Shown: one piece after another, positions 8,572 to 18,302 of the stretch
Layout of the letters: each line of letters starts with the position of its first letter
Position numbering within the stretch: the first letter of the stretch is position 1
NCBI GenBank assembly: GCA_032250835.1
Contig: JAVVEA010000020.1
Coordinates: forward strand, 1-63,315
Source: a bacterium
Lineage (GTDB): Bacteria > SAR324 > XYD2-FULL-50-16
DNA length: 63,315 nt
Reading direction: 5' to 3'
The notes under the pieces: generated by a model
Told to the model about the DNA's origin: nothing
Seen by the model: only the letters and a program-made list of their open reading frames with translations
The model's database searches: none
Position numbers and translations under genes: made by a program

Positions 8572-9227
8572 ACGCTTGGCGTTGGGGAATCTTGGTGAGT
8601 CTGATGGCACACTGCGCGCTGGCGGGAGCTATTTGGTCTTTTATGGCCCTCTCGTCTCGTCCGAGTAAGCCTTACCAATTAGACTTAGACATGACCTTTT
8701 CCAGCAGTTCCGGTGGGCAAGCCAGCCAGTCGGTGGCCCAAGTAGCCCCGCAGCCACAGAAAAAAAAGCGTCCAGTCCAGCCTAAGCAACCGACCGCAAA
8801 GCCCCCAGCGGCCCCTAAAGAGGAGGTGGAGGCCGTCGCAACGGCCCCCGGGACGCAGCGCCCTGAACCCAGCGGTCCGACCGAAGCCGAAGCCCAACCA
8901 GAGCAGCCTGAAAAGGACCCGGAACAAGAACAGCGCGGGCTGCGGCGTAATTATGTCAAAGCCCATGGCAGGCATTTGGCCCAGGCTATCCGGGCGCATT
9001 TCGACTACCCAGAGTTGGCCCGAAGCCGGGGTTGGTCCGGCAAGGTCCTGGTGGCGGTGCTGATCGGGACTAATGGGACGGTGCGGTCGATAGAGTTGGT
9101 ACGCAGTTCGGGCTTCGAGTTGTTAGACCATTCGGCGCTCAAAACCCTAAGGGCGATCAAACAGCTTCCGGCACCGCCAAAGGAAACCCGATTGATCTTA
9201 CCCATCAGCTTTAAGTTGCAGGGTTAG
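8568..9227 (+). CDS. tonB: Energy transducer TonB
   Basis: N-terminal TM with SxxxH (SLMAH), Pro/Lys/Glu-rich linker, YPELARSRGWSGKV...SSG...LD C-terminal domain. Confidence 0.92.
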   Translation: MNAWRWGILVSLMAHCALAGAIWSFMALSSRPSKPYQLDLDMTFSSSSGGQASQSVAQVAPQPQKKKRPVQPKQPTAKPPAAPKEEVEAVATAPGTQRPEPSGPTEAEAQPEQPEKDPEQEQRGLRRNYVKAHGRHLAQAIRAHFDYPELARSRGWSGKVLVAVLIGTNGTVRSIELVRSSGFELLDHSALKTLRAIKQLPAPPKETRLILPISFKLQG

Positions 9228-9458
9228 AGTCTGCCGCCGCTGAACTGCGCTTGCTGCTAAAAGACGGGATAGGCGCAGGGCTGCAATTGGATCCAGAGTT
9301 CCGGGCGGTCTTGGTGCCAAAGGTACCAGGCGGCCAAGCTGCCTGCCGAGGCTTAAGCCCAACAGCAGCAGCAAGAGCCCGGGTGAACTCCAATAGGTAC
9401 GGGAACCGATTTTTAGGTGGAAATGCCCCTTTTCGAAAAAAAAATTCATGGGCCATTA

Positions 9459-9475
9459 TTGAAAATCATTTTGAA
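9459..9475. promoter_or_regulatory. Fur-box-like palindrome
   Basis: TTGAAAATCATTTTGAA, one mismatch from the WTGAAAATnATTTTCAW deltaproteobacterial Fur consensus; lies between convergent genes. Confidence 0.45.
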
Positions 9476-9507
9476 TTCTATGGCACATTGGCTTGGTGCG
9501 TCGAGTT

Positions 9508-10533
9508 TCAAAATTTCCCCTCGATCTTGCCCGCATAGCCCGTCATCTCCAGGTAGCCCTGTCCGGTCACCGCTTGGCCCTGCCACTGGCCCTCTACTTC
9601 CACGGCTCCCTCAAAATAGATCATCCCGGCCACCGGGGTGCGTAGCTCTTGGTCGGCCCGCCAGGGGGTTAGGCGTAGTTGGCCCTCGGGGGCCTGAACT
9701 AGGAACCCGGCGGGGTAGCGGGTTTTGCTCGCTCCGCTGGTCCACTGGCCTTGGGGGATCAGTTCGAAGCCTCGGTAGGCGGTGGCGGGGCCCTGGGCCG
9801 GAATCCAGGTGCCCCAAAGGAAGTCGGGGCCCGGTTCTTGGCGGATGCGGAAGAGCATTAACTTAAGCCCGGAATTTAGGCTCAAGGTCACCCAGTCCCA
9901 GCCCTTCTGCTGGGGCTCTAAGAAGTTGCTGCCAAATTCATGGTCCATCCAGGCTTGGGCTTTCAGCTCCCTGCGTTGCCCTTGCCAGTCCAGCACTGCC
10001 GTTCCCTCTAAGTCCACTACCGAATAATAATGGCTGGCGTTGCCGGGCTTAGTTCCTTTGGGGCTGATCCCGTCGGTTCCGTGTACCACCGGCGGGCGCT
10101 GGTGGGTGAGGTTTAAGGTGAGGTCCGCTCCTTGGCAATGGCTGGTCATCCGGTGGCGGTTGCCTTCGATCTGCAATCGGTTGTTCTCGACCCACAAGAC
10201 GCCGTTTTTATAGCCCGCCAAGCCCGGAAACTCACGCTGCAAGCGCTCATCAAAAACAAATTTGCCTTGCGGCGGCGTCAAGGCGCAGTGGAAGAGGAAG
10301 GCGGTGCTGCCTTCGCGTTCTAGCTTAAAGATCGTGAACTGGAAGCCATAACGTTCTGGGCCGCCGTCCAGATGGCCGGTGTAATACCACCATTCGGTTT
10401 TATAGCCCCGGTGTAAGCCGTGGTCTTGGGGGAAGGAAAAGGGGTAACCCGCTTCGGCCTGTTTAAATTCCCCCGCCTGGACCGGAGTCCAAGTCAATAA
10501 AAATAAACTAATCAGCCACAGCCAAGTTTTCAT
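9508..10533 (-). CDS. Secreted AttH-like / lipocalin-like (CrtC-family) protein
   Basis: Signal peptide, FPQDHG.H, EWWYYTGHL, WMDHEF, GWDW, YFEG, GYLEMTGY. Confidence 0.88.
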   Translation of the reverse strand: MKTWLWLISLFLLTWTPVQAGEFKQAEAGYPFSFPQDHGLHRGYKTEWWYYTGHLDGGPERYGFQFTIFKLEREGSTAFLFHCALTPPQGKFVFDERLQREFPGLAGYKNGVLWVENNRLQIEGNRHRMTSHCQGADLTLNLTHQRPPVVHGTDGISPKGTKPGNASHYYSVVDLEGTAVLDWQGQRRELKAQAWMDHEFGSNFLEPQQKGWDWVTLSLNSGLKLMLFRIRQEPGPDFLWGTWIPAQGPATAYRGFELIPQGQWTSGASKTRYPAGFLVQAPEGQLRLTPWRADQELRTPVAGMIYFEGAVEVEGQWQGQAVTGQGYLEMTGYAGKIEGKF

Positions 10534-13010
10534 TGTCCCTCACTTTTTAAGACCTGCGCCGGTTCGGCTTTGGCCAGAGCGCGGATCGGCACCAAAGAAG
10601 CCAGCGCAGCCCCGGCTAAGATCAAAAGCCCCGTCTCGGCCAATTCACCCCAGGGGATATGGGTGACGATGGTCCAGCCGAAGGAGAATCGGTTGATCAC
10701 GTCGATCAACATCCAGCTAAGATAAAAGGCCCCCAAGGAGGCTAGCAGCAAAGCCGCCGAAGCGATCACCCAAGATTCGGTGAGTAGAGCCCAGCGCAGC
10801 ATTGCGGGCTTGGCCCCTAAGGCCAACAGCAGCGCCAGCTCCCCTTTGCGTTCTAAGATCATCGCGCTCAAGCTGGCGACGACCGCCAAGATCGAGATGC
10901 CGAAGGCGATCAGCTGCAAAAGTTTGGTCATGCGGAAGGTCTGGTCGAAGATTTCTAACGCCCTGGCCTTGATCTGTCCGCTTTGGCTGATGTCGATCCG
11001 CAGGTCTTTAAATAATTCGCGGACCTTTAATTGGCCCCTTTGGGCGTCTAAGCCGGGGCTCAAGAAGACGGCCAGCCCGATGGCCTGGGCCCCAGGGAAT
11101 AGCGCCTTGTATTGACCCACATCCAGGTAAACCAGCCCCCGTTGGCTGCTGTAGTTGCGGAAGACACCGAATATTTCAAAGTTCCGCCCCGCCAGCTTTA
11201 GCGCGTCACCTCGGCCCAGCCCGGTCTTTTCGGCCAATACCTCACTGATCAAAACGCCGCCTTGTTCTAAGGCCTCGCCAAAGGCTTGCGGGCTGCCGGA
11301 AACAAAGCTAATGCTTTTTTGGTAGTTGGCCTTGGCGAACTCGACGCCCGCCAAATCCACCTCCCGCTCGCCCAGGTAGGCGCGGGTCATGTAGAGTTGC
11401 AGAGTTGCTTCAACCCAAGGCTGGGCGCTCAATCGCTGGACCACCTCGGGCGGCAGCTCGCCGGCTGGGGAGCGGTCGTTGGACTCGCTTTTAAGGTATA
11501 GGTCCGCCTGGATGGTGGTCTCCATCCAGTTGATCAGCGTCGCCCGGAAACTATGCACCATCACCGCCACCGAACCGGCCATGGACAAGGAAACGGCTAG
11601 GGCGGCCACCGCCACCGAAAGCTTAAACAAATGCCCCCGGATCGAGGCCCGCAGGAACAGGCCCAACCCGTCGCCGCGCGCCAGCAAAGCGACCAATCGC
11701 TCCAACAGCAGCGGAGCCAAGAAGCTTAAGCCCGTGACCGCCGAAAAGATGCTGATAAAACCCATCCAATAGCTGCGGCTGGCGAAGGCCGCCCAGGCGA
11801 CCGTTAACGCCAGCCCAATCAACCCTAACCCCAACCCGGTGGCCTTGACGACGCCCTTGGGGTCAAATTCGCTGATCTTTTGCTTGAGTCCCTGGGCGGT
11901 TTGGAACTTGACGGCCCGGCGGGCGGGGTGCCAAGCGGCGAGCAGGCAGGCGGCGACGCCCAGGGCCATGCTCCCTAGGGGGCCACTTAAGTCGCGGTAA
12001 GGCAGCCGGGCGTCGGTTAGGTAAAAAAGATTGGTCAAGCTTTCACTGACTTCCCCGTAAGACAGACGGCTCAAGGCCCAGCCGCCTACGGCACCGAGCA
12101 GGCCGCCCAGTAGGCCGAAGAACAGGCCCTCTAACATTAAGGCTAAAAAAACCTCCCGCTCCTTGGCCCCCAACGCCGCCAAGACGTTCAGGTCCCTCCG
12201 CCGCTCTAAGACCGAGATGTTCATGGCATTATAAACCAAATAACAACTGACCAACAGAGCGATCAGGCCGAGCGCACCGAGGTTCATCTGGAAGGCTTCC
12301 AGCATGTCTGAAGTAAAGCGTTGCTTGGCGGCGACGGTGACGATCCGGGCGGTCGGGAAACTCTCGGCTAGCCGGGCCTGCACCTCGGCCAACTGGTTTT
12401 GTTCCACCCAGATGTCGAGGCCGCTTAAGCGTGGGTGCCAGGGTAATACCTCGCTTAGGTCCACAAAAGCCGCACCTAGCGGGGGTAACTTGCCGTTGAT
12501 GGCGCGGATGGTCCCGGCCAGCGGCAGGCGGTGGGCTTGGCTGCCCACCACCAATTCGACCGAGTCTTGGCCTGCTAAATCGCTGTCCTGGGGAACCCAG
12601 AGGCCTTTGGGTGGCTGGTCCTTGAGGGTTTTAGAAAGCTCATATTGGCGGATGCGGCGGTCGCCCAAAAAGTCAAAGGCATAGAGGTCTACCCGTTGTT
12701 TGTTCCAACTAGTTTCCAGCTTAATGAAAGGCGAGAAATAACCCACATCCCACAGCCAATTTAGCTCCCAAAGCCGCTGGGCGTCGATCCCTCCGGTTTG
12801 GGTCAACTGTAGGTTCGCCTTGCCGGAGAGGTGGGCGATGCTGCTCGAAAAGCTATGGATCACCCGGTCGTTGGTGCTGCGGATCGCTGTGGATACCGCC
12901 ACCGCCAGGGCCACGCCCAATACCGCCAGGGCCAAGCGTCCGGGTTTGCGTTTGTAGTGGGCCCAGGTCAGGGTCCCGAAGAGTGCGGCAAGCCGAGCTA
13001 TAACAGGCAC
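10530..13010 (-). CDS. ABC transporter permease, duplicated FtsX/MacB type
   Basis: Two repeats of periplasmic domain plus TM block; ERRRDLNVLAALGA and ERKGELALLLALGA. Confidence 0.9.
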   Translation of the reverse strand: MPVIARLAALFGTLTWAHYKRKPGRLALAVLGVALAVAVSTAIRSTNDRVIHSFSSSIAHLSGKANLQLTQTGGIDAQRLWELNWLWDVGYFSPFIKLETSWNKQRVDLYAFDFLGDRRIRQYELSKTLKDQPPKGLWVPQDSDLAGQDSVELVVGSQAHRLPLAGTIRAINGKLPPLGAAFVDLSEVLPWHPRLSGLDIWVEQNQLAEVQARLAESFPTARIVTVAAKQRFTSDMLEAFQMNLGALGLIALLVSCYLVYNAMNISVLERRRDLNVLAALGAKEREVFLALMLEGLFFGLLGGLLGAVGGWALSRLSYGEVSESLTNLFYLTDARLPYRDLSGPLGSMALGVAACLLAAWHPARRAVKFQTAQGLKQKISEFDPKGVVKATGLGLGLIGLALTVAWAAFASRSYWMGFISIFSAVTGLSFLAPLLLERLVALLARGDGLGLFLRASIRGHLFKLSVAVAALAVSLSMAGSVAVMVHSFRATLINWMETTIQADLYLKSESNDRSPAGELPPEVVQRLSAQPWVEATLQLYMTRAYLGEREVDLAGVEFAKANYQKSISFVSGSPQAFGEALEQGGVLISEVLAEKTGLGRGDALKLAGRNFEIFGVFRNYSSQRGLVYLDVGQYKALFPGAQAIGLAVFLSPGLDAQRGQLKVRELFKDLRIDISQSGQIKARALEIFDQTFRMTKLLQLIAFGISILAVVASLSAMILERKGELALLLALGAKPAMLRWALLTESWVIASAALLLASLGAFYLSWMLIDVINRFSFGWTIVTHIPWGELAETGLLILAGAALASLVPIRALAKAEPAQVLKSEGQ

Positions 13011-13642
13011 CCGTCCTCCATGGTGACGATCCGGTCGGCCACCGCCCCAGCCTGCCTGCTATGGGTGACCATCACCAACGTCATGCCCTCGGCCTGTTGT
13101 AGCTCTTTGAGCAACGCCATGATGGCCTCGCTGTTTTTGCGGTCTAAGTTGCCGGTCGGTTCATCGGCCAGTAGGATTTTGGGTTGCAGCGCCAGGGCGC
13201 GGGCAATGGCCACGCGTTGCTGCTCGCCGCCCGAGAGCTTTTGGGGCAGTTGCCCGGCTTTGCCTGCTAAGCCGACCCGGTCTAAGAGCGCTTTGAGCCG
13301 GTCTTTGTCGGCAGGCCGCCCCGAAAGGCGCAGTGGTAGTGTTAGGTTTTCTAAGGCCGTCAAGCCCGCCAAGAGGTGGAAGTCTTGGAAGATCATGGCC
13401 AAATGCTCGCGGCGGAAGGTGACCAGTTGGTCTTTACTGCGGCCTACCAGCTCCACCCCGGCGACCTGCAACTGACCGCCATCGGCGCGGTCTAGTCCCG
13501 CTAAAAGATTGAGCAGACTGGTTTTACCGCTGCCTGACTCACCCATGATGGCCACAAACTCGCCCGGAGCTATGTTAAGGTCAACGCCCCTAAGGACCGG
13601 CTGTCCGCCGTAATGTTTAACTAACTGTTGCGCTTGGATCAT
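12998..13642 (-). CDS. ABC transporter ATP-binding protein (LolD/MacB-like)
   Basis: GESGSGKT, LSGGEQQRVAIARAL, LLADEPTGNLD, VTH. Confidence 0.95.
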   Translation of the reverse strand: MIQAQQLVKHYGGQPVLRGVDLNIAPGEFVAIMGESGSGKTSLLNLLAGLDRADGGQLQVAGVELVGRSKDQLVTFRREHLAMIFQDFHLLAGLTALENLTLPLRLSGRPADKDRLKALLDRVGLAGKAGQLPQKLSGGEQQRVAIARALALQPKILLADEPTGNLDRKNSEAIMALLKELQQAEGMTLVMVTHSRQAGAVADRIVTMEDGCLL

Positions 13643-13772
13643 TGGGCTCCCTTAGGGTTATTGTTATGTTAGAGCGGCGATAGCAGTTGGGCAAGGGGGA
13701 GCTAGATTCTTGCCATTAGGGTAAATTTTGGTTAGGTTTATTCACCCTGGGAATTGATTTTAAGGAGTGAGG

Positions 13773-14954
13773 ATGACAGAGATAGGAACCCCCAACAGCC
13801 CAACGGCTAAGCGGGTGATGCTGCTGGGCTCGGGTGAGCTGGGCAAAGAAGTGGTGATTGAATTGATGCGGCTGGGTGTCGAATGTATCGCCGTGGATCG
13901 TTACGCCGGGGCTCCGGCCATGCAGGTGGCGCACCGCTGGGCGGTGATCGACATGCTCGATGGGGCGGCTCTGCGGGCTTTGGTAGAAAAAGAAAAGCCC
14001 CATTTGATTGTGCCCGAGATCGAGGCGATTGCCACCGAAACCCTGTTGCAGCTAGAAGCCGAAGGGTTTAACGTCATCCCCACCGCCCGTGCCGCTCGTC
14101 TCACCATGGACCGCGAGGGCATCCGCCGCTTGGCCGCCGAGGAATTGGGCTTGCTCACTTCACCTTATCGTTTTGCCGAAACCTTGGCTGAATACCAGGC
14201 GGCCGTTGAGGCCATAGGCTTACCCTTGGTGGTTAAACCGGTGATGAGCAGCTCAGGCAAGGGGCAAAGCTTGGTCAAGACCGCTGAGGCCGTAGACGCC
14301 GCTTGGGAGCATGCCCTTAGTGAGGGGCGCGGCAAAGGCGGCAAAGTGATTGTCGAGGGCTTTGTGGATTTTGACTTTGAGATCACCCTCTTGACGCTAC
14401 GCCACAGCGCGGGAACCACCTTTTGTGAACCGATCGGCCACCGCCAGGAAAAGGGCGACTACCAAGAAAGCTGGCAACCCCAGCCGATGAGCCCTGCCGC
14501 CCGCGCGGCGTCTATGGCGATCGCCTCGAAAGTGACCGAGGCCTTAGGGGGCCAAGGGATATTTGGGGTGGAACTGTTTGTCAAAGGCGATCAGGTCTAC
14601 TTCAGCGAGGTGTCCCCTCGGCCCCATGATACGGGCATGGTCACCTTGATCAGCCAAGACCTTTCGGAGTTTGCCCTGCACGCGCGCGCCATCCTGGGCC
14701 TACCGGTGCCCGAAGTGCGCCAATGGGGCCCTTCGGCTTCGGCGGTAGTGCTGGTCAAAGGGGAATCAAGACAAGTCACGTTTGGCGGTCTGGACGAGGC
14801 CTTATCGGAGCCCGAAGTGGACCTGCGCCTCTTCGGCAAGCCCGAAGTGGCTGGCGAACGGCGTATGGGCGTGGTGCTGGCTCGGGGAGATAGCCTCAAG
14901 GAAGCCCGCGAAAAAGCGGCCCGCGCCGCCCAGAAGATCACCGTTAAGCTTTAG
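13773..14954 (+). CDS. purT: Formate-dependent phosphoribosylglycinamide formyltransferase
   Basis: [52 protein letters not shown]. Confidence 0.97.
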   Translation: MTEIGTPNSPTAKRVMLLGSGELGKEVVIELMRLGVECIAVDRYAGAPAMQVAHRWAVIDMLDGAALRALVEKEKPHLIVPEIEAIATETLLQLEAEGFNVIPTARAARLTMDREGIRRLAAEELGLLTSPYRFAETLAEYQAAVEAIGLPLVVKPVMSSSGKGQSLVKTAEAVDAAWEHALSEGRGKGGKVIVEGFVDFDFEITLLTLRHSAGTTFCEPIGHRQEKGDYQESWQPQPMSPAARAASMAIASKVTEALGGQGIFGVELFVKGDQVYFSEVSPRPHDTGMVTLISQDLSEFALHARAILGLPVPEVRQWGPSASAVVLVKGESRQVTFGGLDEALSEPEVDLRLFGKPEVAGERRMGVVLARGDSLKEAREKAARAAQKITVKL

Positions 14955-14989
14955 CGCCAAAGCACCTACGGTTTTGACTGGGCGAAAGC

Positions 14990-17005
14990 CTAGTTTTGGC
15001 CTCGGGTCAGTTCGGCCAGTTTGGCTAAAAGCTGGTCCTTGTCCATGCCGATTTTGGGTTTGTCTTTGGGCGCTTCCCGGCGCGCTGGGTGTTGGTCTGG
15101 GCGGTCCAAGAAGGCCTCGATGCCCGGCTGGTCTAAAAACCGGCTGGGCTTGTTGAACTGGGTGATGCCGCCCGAAAAGCCATAGTGGGTCAGGCTCAAA
15201 AAGAGCCGGTCTTTGGCCCGGGTCACGGCCACATAAAACAACCGGCGCTCCTCTTCAAGGCCTTCTTCGTTCTTGAGCGCATAAGCACTAGGGAAGATGC
15301 CCTCGATCATGCCGATCATGAAGACATTGCCCCATTCTAGGCCCTTCGATGAATGGATCGTCGAGAGGGTCACCCGGCCTTCTTCTTTATAAATCCCAGA
15401 AACTTCGCTCACTTCCCGGTCCGGCGGTTCTAAGGCGAAATCGGTCAATAGTTGTTCCAAGCTTTCATAGCGCCCGGCAATCTGGGCGAGCATTTCTAGG
15501 TCCTTTTTGCGCTGGGGCCAGTTGTCATATTGGTCCTCTAAGAGCGGCAGATAGGCCTCTAATAGTTGGATGTACATCTCTTCGATGTTCTGCCCCCTTT
15601 GGGCGGCCTCAGCCAGCGCCTTGACCAACCGCTGCCCGCCCACCTTGTATTTGGTCTTCTCGGGCAGTACATCAAAGACTGCCTTCATCTCCACCAAAGT
15701 GGCCCGGCCCAACATATCGACCATCAGTTTTCTGGCTGTCTTAGGCCCCACGCCGGGCATCAGCATCAAGACGCGGTTCCAGGCCAGTTCGTCCTTAGGG
15801 TTGGCGACGATCTTTAAGTAAGCCAGCAGGTCTTTGACATGGGCGGTGTCGCTAAACTTCTTGCCGCCAAAGACATCAAAGGGAATGCGGCGCTTGGCCA
15901 GTTCGGTTTGGAGGTGGAAGGACAGATAGGAGGAACGGAAGAGAACGGCCATTTCAAAGAGCGACTCCCCTTCGTGGTAAAACTCCTGGATTCGGTCCAC
16001 CACCCAGACCGCCTCTTCGCTAGGGTCCTTAAAAAAGCTCAAGCTGGGCTGTTGCCCCTGGCGGCCCTCGGCGGAGCGCAGGTGTTTGGAGAATTTATGC
16101 TCCATTCCGTTTAAGACGCTGTTGCCCAGGTCTAAGATCTGCTGGCTACTGCGGTAGTTGCTCTCTAGCTTGATTACCTTGGCCCCCTTAAAGAGCTGGG
16201 GGAAATCCAAGATGTTCTGGTGGTAGGCCCCCCTAAAGCCGTAGATCGACTGGGCATCGTCGCCGACCACCATCACATTGCCATGGGTCGAGCCCAGAAG
16301 TTTGACGATCTCGCCTTGCAGCACATTGGTGTCTTGGAATTCGTCGACCATGATGTAGCGGTATTGCTCGCCCAAATGCACCCGGATGGGCTCTTCGTTT
16401 AGGAGTAGGCGGGTGTATAACAATAGGTCATCGTAGTCGAAGTAAGACTTTTCCAGCTTGTATTGAGCGTAAAGGTCCCGCAGCTTTTCGATGTCCTGGG
16501 CACATTCGGCAAAATTGGGGTATTCGGCCTGGGTGATCTCGGCGACGGGCTTACGTTTGTTGGTCGCCATACTGACGATTTTTTGCAGCGTCGATTTTTG
16601 GGGGAAGCGCTTTTCGCCTTCGTAGAGCTTGAGGTCCGTGGCGCAGCGGTGCAGCGCCTCTTCGGCGTCGGACTGATCTAAAACCGTAAAATTCTCGTTA
16701 ACGCCGATGCTGGCAGCGAACTCGCGCAGCAGCTTGACCCCAAAGGCATGGAAGGTTCCGCCTTCTACCTCGGCGGCGCGGGGGTCGCGCTTGGCAGCGC
16801 GCTGCAACATTTCCTTGGCCGCCCGGCGCGTGAAGGTGAGCAGCAGGATCGAACGGGGGTCCACCAGGTTCATGATCAAATTCAAGACCCGGTATTCGAT
16901 CACCCGGGTCTTGCCGGAGCCCGCCCCGGCGATCACCAACAACGGCCCTTCGCGGTGTTCGACGGCGGCCAGTTGCTCGGAATTTAAAAAAGATGCCAGT
17001 TCCAT
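14990..17005 (-). CDS. UvrD/Rep/PcrA-family ATP-dependent DNA helicase
   Basis: AGAGSGKT, VDEFQDTN, VGDDAQSIYGFRGA, NYRS, STIHSSKGLEW, EERRLFYVAVTRA; start at MELASF. Confidence 0.95.
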   Translation of the reverse strand: MELASFLNSEQLAAVEHREGPLLVIAGAGSGKTRVIEYRVLNLIMNLVDPRSILLLTFTRRAAKEMLQRAAKRDPRAAEVEGGTFHAFGVKLLREFAASIGVNENFTVLDQSDAEEALHRCATDLKLYEGEKRFPQKSTLQKIVSMATNKRKPVAEITQAEYPNFAECAQDIEKLRDLYAQYKLEKSYFDYDDLLLYTRLLLNEEPIRVHLGEQYRYIMVDEFQDTNVLQGEIVKLLGSTHGNVMVVGDDAQSIYGFRGAYHQNILDFPQLFKGAKVIKLESNYRSSQQILDLGNSVLNGMEHKFSKHLRSAEGRQGQQPSLSFFKDPSEEAVWVVDRIQEFYHEGESLFEMAVLFRSSYLSFHLQTELAKRRIPFDVFGGKKFSDTAHVKDLLAYLKIVANPKDELAWNRVLMLMPGVGPKTARKLMVDMLGRATLVEMKAVFDVLPEKTKYKVGGQRLVKALAEAAQRGQNIEEMYIQLLEAYLPLLEDQYDNWPQRKKDLEMLAQIAGRYESLEQLLTDFALEPPDREVSEVSGIYKEEGRVTLSTIHSSKGLEWGNVFMIGMIEGIFPSAYALKNEEGLEEERRLFYVAVTRAKDRLFLSLTHYGFSGGITQFNKPSRFLDQPGIEAFLDRPDQHPARREAPKDKPKIGMDKDQLLAKLAELTRGQN

Positions 17006-17389
17006 GGGACCAAAAGCGAATGTTTGTTCTCTTATTGTGGAGAACAAAACCCACAAAAGCAAGGATCAATCGAATGGAGGCCCCATCAGGTGCTTTAAAT
17101 GGCTAGCAGGGTCAAGGGGGCTTTGCCTTGGCAAGTTATGGGCCGAGTAATGCGGGGGCTGTGCCTGCGGTCCAGACAAAGGGTTGGTCGTCCTACCCAA
17201 CGCCCAGTGCTGGAACCCAGGGGCCCTTTGGCCCTGGCGCTCGCCAGTGCGTATAAAAGGAAGGCTTGGGTCCCCTCGGGTTGTGGTTTGCGGCAGATTT
17301 AAAACAGCGCACCGAAGGGGTATATTAGAACTGCCCGAGAGAACACCCAGCCTTTCTGGCACAGAGCGGGGGGTAGCGGCCCGGAAAGA

Positions 17390-17854
17390 TCAACTGCTGG
17401 AGCAATGCCCAGGAACCGCCAATTTAAGCTTGGATACCTCTTCTTGGCCCACCGCAACGTCTTGTTCCCTCAAATCGGCACCGCCGACAAAAACGCCGAG
17501 TTTAATGTATTGTTCCACAAAATATAACCTGCCCTTTTTCGGGTTGATCACGATACGGTTGGGGGAAAACTCAGATTCGGTGGCGATGGAGTGGGGTAGG
17601 TCTCCATCCACTTCCTGATAAAAAAAGACCCCCTTTGCCGTTTCGCCCACACAATCCTGATCAATCCAAACATCTTTTTTAAGGCCTGCACCGGCGAAGG
17701 AATCTATCCGGTAAATATAGACTCCGGCCTTATCGGGGCTTGGGGCATTAAACTGTTTAGCTTGCGCGGAGTTTGAAGGCGGGGCCAGGGGTACCGAAGC
17801 GCAACCAGCTAGCATAGCGAGCAGAGCGATCACCGCGACAAAAATGGGTTTCAT
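17390..17854 (-). CDS. DUF2846-like lipoprotein
   Basis: Lipobox LAGC; KAGVYIYR...TESEFS...YFVEQYIKLGVFVGGA. Confidence 0.8.
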   Translation of the reverse strand: MKPIFVAVIALLAMLAGCASVPLAPPSNSAQAKQFNAPSPDKAGVYIYRIDSFAGAGLKKDVWIDQDCVGETAKGVFFYQEVDGDLPHSIATESEFSPNRIVINPKKGRLYFVEQYIKLGVFVGGADLREQDVAVGQEEVSKLKLAVPGHCSSS

Positions 17855-18132
17855 AAAGTTCCATTTAATTAAGGTTGATCTACAAAAAGCTAACGACAAA
17901 GGGCTAGTGTATTCACCCTAAGGATATTTCGCAATAGACTTTTTTGTCACCTACTAGAGAGGGGGGAATTCGTAAGGGTATGCTTTTGATCTGTGGGCCT
18001 TCTAGGCGGCAGGGTTTTGATGCCATAGCCTTTGAGGTGGGGCGGCTGAGCGGCGCATAAAAGGTGGGGCCAGTCTGGGTACTGGCGACCCTGCTCCACC
18101 TGGGCATATGAACCGCCCAAGGGCCGCGCGGG

Positions 18133-18288
18133 ATGTTTAGGTTATTTTTTTGGGGTGGGCCCCAGATCAGGGCCTTGGTCGTATTGGTGGCCTTGGCGGT
18201 AGTGGCCGGGGTGTTGGTCGTGGTGGCACCAGGGACAACAACCCGAAAGGCCCCAAGCCAACAAGAGCAATCCGCTCAACATGAATAG
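18133..18288 (+). CDS. Putative 51-aa single-pass membrane protein (below the ORF-track cutoff)
   Basis: MFRLFFWGGPQIRALVVLVALAVVAGVLVVVAPGTTTRKAPSQQEQSAQHE; clean hydrophobic helix, fills an intergenic gap; weak RBS. Confidence 0.4.
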   Translation: MFRLFFWGGPQIRALVVLVALAVVAGVLVVVAPGTTTRKAPSQQEQSAQHE

Positions 18289-18302
18289 ACGCATAAAATT
18301 TC

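Noticed and set aside
9352-9395. Minus-strand frame reading GSCCCCWA, suggesting a Cys-rich peptide
   Set aside because: No start codon after the preceding stop; arises from a short GCA repeat.
9228-9430. Possible riboswitch, SRP or tRNA-Sec in the tonB downstream gap
   Set aside because: No complete consensus (B12 box, SRP loop, cloverleaf) found by eye; needs an Rfam scan.
17066-17362. 98-aa minus ORF or structured RNA in the helicase upstream gap
   Set aside because: No protein-like features or recognisable RNA motif.
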